Part shown: positions 49,340 to 58,769 of the stretch, in pieces
How positions within the stretch are numbered: position 1 is the stretch's first letter
Layout of the letters: each line of letters starts with the position of its first letter
Assembly (NCBI RefSeq): GCF_964355755.1
Contig: NC_092677.1
Coordinates: 20,048,101 to 20,112,100 of the forward strand
Source of the DNA: Antedon mediterranea
Taxonomy: Eukaryota > Animalia > Echinodermata
DNA length: 64,000 nt
Direction of reading: 5' to 3'
Program-made: the position numbers and the translations under genes
The notes under the pieces: model-generated
Databases searched by the model: none
What the model was told of the DNA's origin: nothing
The model's input: the letters and a program-made list of their open reading frames with translations, nothing else

Positions 49340-51806
49340 ACAGAAAGGGGGGTATGTAGTTATCCCAATTTTTTCTTTGCTTAACTGTAAGTGTCCTTAT
49401 CATATTTTTCAATGTACCATGAAATCTTTCAACAAGCCCATTGCTTTGGGGGTGGTACACTGTAGTCTTTAATTGATTAATCCCCAACATACTACATATA
49501 GATTGCATAATTGAAGACATGAAATTAGTTCCTTGATCATGTACAATCTCTTCGGGTAATCCTACTCTAGTAAAGACTTCTATTAGAGCCCTGGCTACTG
49601 TTTCAGCTCTAACATTGGGTAACGGGATAGCATCCGGATATCTCGTAGCATAGTCAATTATAGTAAGCATATATTTGTTATTACGGCTTGTTCTAGATAA
49701 GGGTCCAACAATGTCTATCGCTATACGTTTAAATGGTGTACTTATAATCGGTAATGGTATCAAAGTATGTTTCTTTTTACTTTTACCCTTATCTACCTTT
49801 TGGCATTCCTTACAGACTTTACAATAGACTACCATATCTTTAAATATACCTGGCCAATAGAATTGGTTCAGGACCCTACTTTTAATTTTCTCAACACCCA
49901 TGTGACCTGCAAATGGCACATTATGACCTAAGTGTAATACACCCTGTCTACACTGAGTGGGTAATACAATCTGTTCCACTTGGTTATTCTTATCTTTAAT
50001 ACTACTCCAATTTCTCATCAATATACCTTGTCTCATAAAGAAACATACCCTATGCTGACCTATTTCTTCTATAGGGACTACCCTGTCAAACACTCCTTTG
50101 AGTGAGTCATCCTTAGTTTGCAATTTGATCAGTTCTTGTTTAGTTAGGTTCAGCTTGTGCTGTTGTTCATAAGTTTTATGTTTGACTGTTTTATCTTTAT
50201 CTTTATCCTCATTTTCGTCAAACAAATTATTCATTTCTGTTCCATTCATATCATCTAAACACTTAGTTTTTTTTACTTTGTTGTCATTTACTACTGTTTT
50301 CAACAATTGTACATTAGTTTCTTTAGGCGGCTCTTCTATCGGCTTAAAGTTACTATCTTTCCCTAACAATATCATTTCGTCTTGTATTCTAACATCATTT
50401 TCTATTCTGGCTTGCTCCCTAGTTAGGACGAACATTTCTTTAGCCATTGTTTCCCCACAATTCTGGTCCAAATCATGACCCAATAACATATCCTTCTGTA
50501 ATCCTTCGATTACGGCTACAATCACTTTTCCTGTCACTATCTTACTTTCTATAGCTACCTCAGCTAAGGGGACGGTAATATCGCCTCCTATACCTCTTAA
50601 CGTAACCCATTTTCCTGGCAAGTAACATTTGTTAGGCACTAGACTTTCCTTAACAGCTGACTGGGTACATCCCGAGTCTCTAAGCATAGTTATATCCTGT
50701 CCTTCTAATTTTCCTGGTATTGTACATTTCTCCATTTTATTTTCTACACTATCTATAACTACTTGGGGTCTATCTGATTTTAGTCCTTCACATCTTAAGC
50801 CATCTTTCACATTCGGGCCCTTCTTAGTGTCACTAGTCTTTCCTTTTGCTACCATCTTAGGACAATCCCCTATTTTATGTCCCTTCTCCTTACAATTGAA
50901 GCATAGGCCATTAATCCATTCATTTGAAGGTTCTCTCTGTTGGAAATTTCTACCATAGTTATGGAATTTGCCTCCCCTTCCGCGATACCTATTGTATCCT
51001 TGCTGCCTAGCTCCAGGGTTATTCTGGGTCGTACTATTCTTAGGTTTACTATTTTCTTGGCCCTTATAATACGTAGGCTTATTTTCAGAATTTACGGCAT
51101 TCCAATAGCCACGGCCACCTCTATTAGCTATATAATCATCGGCTATCATAGCCATATCATAGCTCTTATTTACTTGTTTATCTCTAAGATAAAGCCTCAG
51201 ATCTTCAGGCATTTTATCAAGTGCCTGTTCCATTATAATCATTTCAATAATGCCTGCAGCATCATCTTCTTTTACATTAGCACATTTCATCCAACATTTT
51301 AAATAATGGGAGAGCTCATTCAGCCATTCCCTGATGGACATATCTTTAACTCTGTTCGAATTTCTAAATTTAAATCTGTAGGTCTCTGCAGACACATCAT
51401 ACTTTTCTAAGATTGCCTTCTTTAAGGTATCATAATCTACACATTCTTTTACGGTTAAGGATGCATATGCTGTTCTAGCTTTACCAGACAGTTCAGGTGC
51501 TAACCTAGCGGACCACGTATTCTTATCCCAACCTGTGGCTTCTGCCAAGTGTTCAAATGTTCTAAAATATATATCAATATCATCGGATTCCTTCAAAGTA
51601 GGAACCTTTACCTTCATTTCATCTACTATATTCCTAGCATTACTGTAGCTAGACCTATTTTCTAATTCCATCATTTTCACTCTTTCTTGTGATTCAATTT
51701 TTCTTTGCTCTATATCTATTTTCTTTTGCTCTATATCTGCTTCTAATCTTAATTGGTCTTGTTGGTATTGTAATTCTAACTTTTTGTTTTCGGCCTCGAA
51801 CTTCAT
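49242..51806 (-). CDS. LTR element 2 gag-protease-integrase (frameshift to downstream ORF near 49280)
   Basis: DIDIYFRTFE..LSGKA capsid, CFNCKEKGHKIGDC, LRDSGCT, H..GH..CKVCKEC, IDIVGP, HDQGTNF, VERFHG. Confidence 0.92.
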   Translation of the reverse strand: MKFEAENKKLELQYQQDQLRLEADIEQKKIDIEQRKIESQERVKMMELENRSSYSNARNIVDEMKVKVPTLKESDDIDIYFRTFEHLAEATGWDKNTWSARLAPELSGKARTAYASLTVKECVDYDTLKKAILEKYDVSAETYRFKFRNSNRVKDMSIREWLNELSHYLKCWMKCANVKEDDAAGIIEMIIMEQALDKMPEDLRLYLRDKQVNKSYDMAMIADDYIANRGGRGYWNAVNSENKPTYYKGQENSKPKNSTTQNNPGARQQGYNRYRGRGGKFHNYGRNFQQREPSNEWINGLCFNCKEKGHKIGDCPKMVAKGKTSDTKKGPNVKDGLRCEGLKSDRPQVVIDSVENKMEKCTIPGKLEGQDITMLRDSGCTQSAVKESLVPNKCYLPGKWVTLRGIGGDITVPLAEVAIESKIVTGKVIVAVIEGLQKDMLLGHDLDQNCGETMAKEMFVLTREQARIENDVRIQDEMILLGKDSNFKPIEEPPKETNVQLLKTVVNDNKVKKTKCLDDMNGTEMNNLFDENEDKDKDKTVKHKTYEQQHKLNLTKQELIKLQTKDDSLKGVFDRVVPIEEIGQHRVCFFMRQGILMRNWSSIKDKNNQVEQIVLPTQCRQGVLHLGHNVPFAGHMGVEKIKSRVLNQFYWPGIFKDMVVYCKVCKECQKVDKGKSKKKHTLIPLPIISTPFKRIAIDIVGPLSRTSRNNKYMLTIIDYATRYPDAIPLPNVRAETVARALIEVFTRVGLPEEIVHDQGTNFMSSIMQSICSMLGINQLKTTVYHPQSNGLVERFHGTLKNMIRTLTVKQRKNWDNYIPPFLFAYREVPSKATGHSPFKLLYGRGEGTLEFTQK

Positions 51807-51900
51807 TCGTTACTGATTTAACAGGCCCGTAGAGTAGGCACTGTCACTTCTTCTTCTTCTTCTTCTTGATATTAAATCATGTATCTTAAACAAAAATTTT

Positions 51901-51914
51901 CACCGCTGCCACCA
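51901..51914 (-). promoter_or_regulatory. Primer-binding site, tRNA-Leu
   Basis: TGGTGGCAGCGGTG abutting the 5' LTR; complementary to the 3' end of tRNA-Leu. Confidence 0.8.
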
Positions 51915-51979
51915 TGTAGTGAATTTATTTTAGTTGGTTCCGAGCTTTCTCAGGCGTATATAACTCCACGCGACGTACA

Positions 51980-52524
51980 GGTTTACAGCCGAAACGGCCG
52001 CCGACTGAAACGGCCGCCAATTAAAACACAGTTGAATGTATGAAACGCCGCGTGTGCCGTTTGTCATACAACGTGTAATCAAAACGACGTGTGGTTTAAT
52101 ACAACTGTTTTACTTTTTTTTCCGATTGAAATGACTTTAGACGTATGTGACTTAATAAATATTAACAGATAGATGTTTTTAATTATCATTATTTTTATTT
52201 TACATTACATTAAATATATTATTAAAAACGGCCGCCGACTGTTTTTCCTATTTCAACTACAATAATTGATACAATATTTGTTTGAATACGTTAAATAAAT
52301 TTAGAATGGTGAATTATTATAATAAACATTATTTTAATAAAAACTTAACTAAAAAATACGTTTATTCTTTGATTTTATTCTTTTATTTGTCCCTCCTTCG
52401 TGGTTTCATAGGCTTTACTGTACGTTTATAATACTGCATTGGCTTGTTGAAGCTTCGGCGGTATTGGCATCCCATAGAAAATGTTGGCGGCCGTTTCAGT
52501 CGGCGGCCGTTTCGGTCACACACC
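51980..52524. mobile_element. MULE/foldback-like MITE in the 5' LTR of element 2
   Basis: GGTTTAC..CCGAAACGGCCGCCGACTGAAACGGCCGCC with inverted right end ..CACACC; TSD GACGTACA (51972-51979, 52525-52532); absent from the other LTR. Confidence 0.88.
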
Positions 52525-53160
52525 GACGTACACAGCTGTCACTGAATGATAACTCATACAAAAAGTATATTTAACTCAACTAGAACTTTTATTCCTTGTA
52601 ATTCGATTAATACATCTTTCTACCACTACCAGTCAAGCCTTAATATTTTCTTTATCATCTTTCCGTTTATCTACTCTGATCTTATAATTCTCTCTTCTTG
52701 TTTATCTACTCTGATCTTATTCTCTCTTTTTCTCTAATATCTATTACATTCTACTTTTATACTGGATATGCAAATTTTAGGCTTCAGAGGAGGATAACAT
52801 TTTCCCTCCAAAAATTATACGATTTTGATTGGCTAATAATATAAGGCGGACCTGGTCTAAAGCATCCTTCTCTAAACACAGAGAATCACAACATAAATAA
52901 TATGACAACTGGATTCCCGTCGGAAATGGTACTCTCGCACGTAAAATTCATGGTAAATGGACTAGCCTAGGCTAGGCCTAAGGATAACATTACTTACTCT
53001 TACGCTTTTTTTCCAATTTGTTCCTTATGGTAGGATACTTTTTGGATCCGTAACTGTGACAGATATCTCCCTCTGTTTAAAAGTAAAAAAAGTAATCTCT
53101 ATTGCATGCTTGAATAAATGACAGCTTGGCGCGCCATACCGGACCGTGACTGTTTTTTGG

Positions 53161-54594
53161 ATTTCGATCCAAGTCGGCCCTAAACCGTCTCGGCCAAAGT
53201 CAAGTCGGCCCCAAGACAAGTCGGCCCCAAGACAAGTCGGCCCCAAGTCAACTCGGCCTCAAGTCAACTCGGCCTCAGGTCAACTCGGCCAAAACATAAT
53301 CGGTCAACTCGGCCCCGTTAAAGTATGGAATGCAAAAGGTGCAAAAGAAGGGGATTGATAAAATAATATTTCTTCACATTTTATTACCTATGAATAATTC
53401 TGACTTTTAATGAATATTAATATTTAGACAATAATACTTTTAGCAAAAAAAAAAAGAAGGATTTCACCAATTTTTCTTTATTTACGTTTAATAAAATTTC
53501 AAATTGCACAAATTGTTCTGAAAATTGCGCATAACAAACAATTGATTAATAAGCTAGCATTCATACTATTATTAATGATTACAATATGAACATTTGGATA
53601 ATAAATAGGAACACATTGTAGGCATACACCCAATATGATGATGTACGTACGTGGGCGCGTATGTTCGTTCGTGCGTCAAAATTCAATAAACATGTCCGAT
53701 ATGCGAGGACATATATTAGGTGTAATAATTGATTGTTTGGTTGGATTGTTTGGTTGAATCATTGAGGTATTAATTAATGTTAAAATTAACTCTATGGTTG
53801 AATCACCCGTAGATTTCTTCAGTGTATGCATTTGATTAGGCGACAACATCTGAAACCAATTCGTAGCTGCGCCTCCCTCCTGTGCCTTTGGCAGCTATTT
53901 CAATATCTACAACTGCTACGTTTTCGCTGACCGGGGGATTCCCCTTTTTTAAAAACGCAAATCATGGACAAAAACGATGTACAGTACGATCATTTTTCTA
54001 TGGCCAAATGGTGGAACCAGCTATAATAGGTCCATGATGGTCTTCGATTTACTAAAATGTGGTACCTGCACTTGTTTTTGTAAAACGCGGGTACTTCTAT
54101 TCATATCGGCAATGATATCATTTTTTTATTTTCTTATTTCTTAATTTTTTTTAAAGAGTGGATAGTAATAATCATAATAATATTAAGCACTTTTTGCGTT
54201 CCATACTTTATTGTGGCCGAGTTGACCGATTCGTTTTTGGCCGAGTTGACGTGAGGCCGAGTTGACTTGAGGCCGAGTTGACTTGAGGCCGAGTTGACTT
54301 GAGGCCGAGTTGACTTGAGGCCGAGTTGACTTGAGGCCGAGTTGACGTGGGGCCGACTTGACGCGGGACCGACTTGACGCGGGACCGACTTGACGCGGGG
54401 CCGACTTGACGCGGGGCCGACTTGACGCGGGGCCGACTTGACGCGGGGCCGACTTGACGCGGGGCCGACTTGACGCGGGGCCGACTTGACGCGGGGCCGA
54501 CTTGACGCGGGGCCGACTTGACGCGGGGCCGACTTGACGCGGGGCCGACTTGACGCGGGGCCGAGACGGTTTGGGGCCGACTTGACCTGCACCC
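53161..54594. mobile_element. MULE/foldback-like element with 17-bp subterminal arrays
   Basis: Left (CAAGTCGGCCCCAAGA / CAACTCGGCCTCAAGT)n, right inverted (GGGGCCGACTTGACGCG)n; flanking direct repeat GTTTTTTGG (53152-53160, 54595-54603). Confidence 0.85.
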
Positions 54595-54613
54595 GTTTTT
54601 TGGAACGGTAAAT

Positions 54614-54878
54614 ATGGAGAAAACTCCGCTTCTTGTGGATTTTGATCAAATTTCTACTGAAGTTTTGCAGCCAAAAAGTCAGTTTAAAAACCAAGGTATA
54701 TTCACTGGCTCTAAAACTATTACAAACGAATTTAAAAAGGATTCTGAAGAAGAGAATTTAGCAGCATCTTGTGGTCATGTGTGTGTCGCTGACGTAGGCC
54801 TTCAAAGAGTACGTGATTTATCTGAACTGAGTGCAAATATTATAGCTATATTTGTGGTGGCGTTTGATACTCGGTCAG
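54614..54878 (+). CDS. DENND11: First coding exon of a DENN domain protein 11 (LCHN/KIAA1147) homolog
   Basis: MEKTPLL...IIAIFVVAFDTRSG resembles DENND11 (APLL...VVAVFVVTFDPRSGN); ends at a phase-1 donor CAG|GTACGT; exon 2 not found in the window. Confidence 0.75.
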
Positions 54879-55166
54879 GTACGTAGCATCTTCCCCGTCT
54901 ATCTAACACATACTGTAGAGTATGCCTAGGCCTAGAATCCGTTACTACAGTACTAACATTCATTCATTCTTTCTTGGAGATCCAAGAAACATTTATTATA
55001 TATGGCCTTTGGCCCAAATAATATACAATGTAATACAATATTAAATAAATATCAGTTGAGTGCGTTTAAAAATTCTGTTCTACGTTTAAATGAAAAAAAT
55101 AAATATTTTCCAAGTTTAACAATAAGATCAGTATTTGTGGCAGACATAAGATAAATATATTTTAAT

Positions 55167-58100
55167 TTAGTTGGGTTGTTTGTATAAATAAAAGGAAAAC
55201 ATATATTTAGTTCTAATATCTGAATAAAATGGACAAACTAAAGTGAAATGATATTCATCTTCAATTGATTGTAAAGCACATAATTTGCATAATCTTTCAT
55301 TTCTATTTATACAATTCCATCTTCCTTTTTCAATTTCTAATTCTAAAATTCCTAGTCGTATCTTAGTCATGATTTGTCTATGTTTGTAATTTGTTACTTT
55401 CGTTAGATATTCTTCAATTCCAAACTTATATTTAACGTGCTTGTAATATTGGAGCTTAGAGTGTATCCTAGTATCTTCGTAGAATTTCTGTCGTTCAATA
55501 TCTGTAAGCCTTTGTTTAAAATTTGAAATAAAAGTATATATATTATTAACCTGTTGTGAGTACCATATGTTACCAAATCCATTTATGCATAGTATTTGTT
55601 TTACGTCATTGGCCCAATATTGCTCATTTCTTTGAGCTTTTCTATATTGAAAATCATAACATTGTTTAATAAATTTGTCATTATCCATTTGGATTACTCT
55701 AAGCCAATAACGAATTATATTAATGATAATTTGAATTTGGATAGTGAATCTTCCACATTCTCCTCTCACTGCAACACTTGGTGCAGAATTACCTATTCCT
55801 AGAATGTATTTACAGAATCTTAGATGAACTTTCTCTAATACTGATATATCATTTAAACCCCATATTTCGCTACCATAAAGTAAGATTGGCATAATCTTAA
55901 CATCAAATATATGGTTCCATATATTAACTTGGAGGTTACCAAAACGTCTATGGGTCAATCCTTTTAATGTGAACAAAGCCTTATTAGCTTGTTGACAAAT
56001 TTTGTATTCTTTGGCTTTATTCCAATTACCATTTGAGTTGAAAACAACTCCTAAATATTTAAAGGATTTGACAATGTCAACTGTATTTCCATTGTAATTC
56101 CATTTTTCAAATTTGTTAAGATTACCACCATTCTTAAACACCATAATATTACTCTTGTTAACATTGACAGTTACTTCCCATCTTGTACAATAGGTAGATA
56201 ACTTGTTTAAATAATATTGTAGACCATAAACGGTATCACCAAATAACATAAGGTCATCTGCATAGAGTAAATGATTAATTTTTAGATTTCCTATTTGGAT
56301 TCTATGCTCGTCGCCTCCCTCATTTAATGTTTCACTCAAATCATTAATAAAAACATTAAATAAAAAGGACGAGAGTGGCGAACCCTGTTGTATACCTATT
56401 AGACATTTGAAAGAATTACTAATATTGCCGTCGACCTTAACATGTGCTGATAACTTATTGTACATTGAATTAATAACGTTTAACATTTTTCCTTTTACTC
56501 CTGAATTTTTTAGTTTTATGTGAAGATATTGATGTCCTACGGAGTCAAAGGCTCGTTTAAAATCAATGAAAGCAACATATACTTTCCCACGTTTTTTTCC
56601 TAGGTATTTATTAATGATTGTGTTAAGAATAAATACATTATCCGATGTTCTGAACCCCTTTCTAAAACCGGCTTGTTCCTGATGTAGAATGTTATTATCT
56701 TCTGCCCAAAATTGTAATCTTTTATTGATAATATGTAAGAAAATTTTAGCAAAAACAGGAATAAGTGATATTCCTCTATAATTCTCTGGTTGTTCTGTGT
56801 CACCTTTTTTAAATATTGGGACAATAAGGCTGGTTGCCCATTGCTGTGGAAACTGTCCTGTATTATAAATTATATTATATAATTTTGTTATTAGATTGAT
56901 TACATTTTGAGATGAGTGTATAAAAAGTTCTGGTAATAATCCATCGATTCCAGGTGATTTACCTGTTTTTTGGGATTTAATGGCATGAATTACCTCATCT
57001 ACTGTAATGTCATTATTTAGGTTAGGTTCGTTTTCATTTACAGCAGGTTCATCATTAATGATACTTTCTACATTTTGATTATCTCTATTTTCATCAATAT
57101 GAAATAAGGATTCGAAATGAGTGCGCCATGTATTAATACATATGTTACTTGGAAAATTTGGTTTTGTTTGTTTTAGTTTAATCCAGAATGATTTGGAGTT
57201 TTTTTCTCCTAATGATCTAATCAATTCTGTACGTGATCTTTTAATATAGCTGTATTTCTTATTTTTTATTAATGTTTTATATTCTTTTTTTATTTCCAGG
57301 TATGCATTAAGCAATGTTTGTGTACGATTGTGTCGGAATCTATTTAAATTTCTTCGAACTTTGTTTTTAAGTGCAAGACATTGATTGTCATACCATGTGT
57401 CTTTAGCTTTAGTTGTTTTATTGTTGGAATTCCTATGGATAATTCCTTTATATGCATATTCATACAATCTACCTACAGTTGAAACCGCTTCATCAATTAG
57501 GTTATCATTAATCAAGTTAGTTATTTCATTTTTAAGTTCATCGATTTTATTATGCTGTAATCTTAATTTAAATGTTTCAGTATATGTTTCTGACCAATTG
57601 AATTTAGTTTGTTTAGGATTAGGACAATTTTCAATATTTAATTTTTTTATTTTTATATTATCTTTAGTTAGTAGGCCTAATTGAAACGTAATTGGCATAT
57701 GATCAGATTCTATTCTATTTTCTACTTTCAAATCTTCTATGTACCTGAAGTTATCAGCTTTTGTCAATATATAATCGACTACGCTTTTGCCTTGTTGTCC
57801 TATGAAAGTGTAGCTTTTACTATACATTGGGTTAATTCTACCATTAGCAATTCTTAAATTCGTTTCTTTACAAAAATTGAGAAGATCTATGCCATAATTA
57901 TTCGTGACGTTATCTTCATTAATTCTAATTTTTACATTATCTTCATCATCTTCAATATATAATTCGTTATCCCAATCTATTGGGCATACATCGTTGTTGA
58001 CATAATCCAATAAATCTCCTGTTCTACCATTGAAGTCTCCAACAATGAATATTAGATTTTTATTATTATATTTATATAAATATTCAGCGTATTCGTTTGT

Positions 58101-58769
58101 AAGTATTTCATATAAATTGTTATTATTAGCATATGGGGAGTTTTGTGGTGGTCTGTAAACTACAGCCATTATTATAGAATCGTTCTCCGTTTTGATTCGT
58201 AACCACATAATATACTTAGATAAGCTAGGTAATTCTTTAACTTTGATATTAGTTTTATAATATATCATAATTCCACCTGTATTTCTACCACGGTGTTGTA
58301 ACTTTTCTTGCATTTTACTTATACAATTATATCCCTTAATGTAGTAGTCATCACTATAAGTTGTCCAAGTTTCAACCAAACATATTACATCGAAATCACA
58401 AATAAATTTTATAAATTCACAATCACTAAAATTACTTTTTAAACCATTTATATTCCACACAATAGTCTTTAAAGAGGTGGACGTGTAAATACTTTTACTT
58501 ATATTTTTATTTGTAACATTGGTATATATATTGTTATTATTGACGTTGTTATTCCTATTATTAACGTCGGCGTTTATGTTATCGTTATCTATACCATTTG
58601 TTTGACCATTATTAGTTGTATTGTCAATATTTTCTTTTTCCTGATTTTCGTTATTATTCTCACCTTTATTATTATTATTATTGTCATTTACGTCATTATC
58701 AACAATTGTACCAATAATATTATTACATTTGTTGTTTATTTGATATGTGTTTGGGCCATGGCCGGACCC
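55167..58769 (-). CDS. LINE ORF2: APE endonuclease + RT + C-terminal Cys/His motif, preceded by a 103-codon Asn-rich in-frame leader
   Basis: WNINGL, CLVETW, VYRPP, GDFNGR, SVVDY, SDHMP; KSPGIDG, NYRGISL, QAGFR, DFKRAFD, QQGSPLS, YADD; CKLC..EDEYHF..C; no stop between 58769 and 58461; probable frameshift near 55190. Confidence 0.92.
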   Translation of the reverse strand, partial: GSGHGPNTYQINNKCNNIIGTIVDNDVNDNNNNNKGENNNENQEKENIDNTTNNGQTNGIDNDNINADVNNRNNNVNNNNIYTNVTNKNISKSIYTSTSLKTIVWNINGLKSNFSDCEFIKFICDFDVICLVETWTTYSDDYYIKGYNCISKMQEKLQHRGRNTGGIMIYYKTNIKVKELPSLSKYIMWLRIKTENDSIIMAVVYRPPQNSPYANNNNLYEILTNEYAEYLYKYNNKNLIFIVGDFNGRTGDLLDYVNNDVCPIDWDNELYIEDDEDNVKIRINEDNVTNNYGIDLLNFCKETNLRIANGRINPMYSKSYTFIGQQGKSVVDYILTKADNFRYIEDLKVENRIESDHMPITFQLGLLTKDNIKIKKLNIENCPNPKQTKFNWSETYTETFKLRLQHNKIDELKNEITNLINDNLIDEAVSTVGRLYEYAYKGIIHRNSNNKTTKAKDTWYDNQCLALKNKVRRNLNRFRHNRTQTLLNAYLEIKKEYKTLIKNKKYSYIKRSRTELIRSLGEKNSKSFWIKLKQTKPNFPSNICINTWRTHFESLFHIDENRDNQNVESIINDEPAVNENEPNLNNDITVDEVIHAIKSQKTGKSPGIDGLLPELFIHSSQNVINLITKLYNIIYNTGQFPQQWATSLIVPIFKKGDTEQPENYRGISLIPVFAKIFLHIINKRLQFWAEDNNILHQEQAGFRKGFRTSDNVFILNTIINKYLGKKRGKVYVAFIDFKRAFDSVGHQYLHIKLKNSGVKGKMLNVINSMYNKLSAHVKVDGNISNSFKCLIGIQQGSPLSSFLFNVFINDLSETLNEGGDEHRIQIGNLKINHLLYADDLMLFGDTVYGLQYYLNKLSTYCTRWEVTVNVNKSNIMVFKNGGNLNKFEKWNYNGNTVDIVKSFKYLGVVFNSNGNWNKAKEYKICQQANKALFTLKGLTHRRFGNLQVNIWNHIFDVKIMPILLYGSEIWGLNDISVLEKVHLRFCKYILGIGNSAPSVAVRGECGRFTIQIQIIINIIRYWLRVIQMDNDKFIKQCYDFQYRKAQRNEQYWANDVKQILCINGFGNIWYSQQVNNIYTFISNFKQRLTDIERQKFYEDTRIHSKLQYYKHVKYKFGIEEYLTKVTNYKHRQIMTKIRLGILELEIEKGRWNCINRNERLCKLCALQSIEDEYHFTLVCPFYSDIRTKYMFSFYLYKQPN

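Larger units (their letters stand above)
44978..52907 (-). mobile_element. Gmr1-type Ty3/Gypsy LTR retrotransposon 2
   Basis: LTRs 44978-47252 and 51915-52907 (~440 bp without inserts), TSD ACTGG (44973-44977, 52908-52912), PPT AAAAAGGGGAA at 47253-47263, gag-PR-IN-RT-RH order. Confidence 0.95.
25360..52918. mobile_element. MULE/foldback-like element expanded to ~27.5 kb by nested insertions
   Basis: Left GGATGCTAGTCAAGT + (AAAGTCGCCCC..) array; right inverted array + ACTTGACTGG[LTR element]ATTCCC; TSD GTCGGAAA at 25352-25359 and 52919-52926. Confidence 0.8.

Noticed and set aside
54230-54585. Regular 17-bp repeats resembling a CRISPR array, and the 186-aa ORF 54134-54694
   Set aside because: No unique spacers, no cas genes, eukaryotic context; it is the subterminal array of a foldback element, and the ORF is a repeat artefact.
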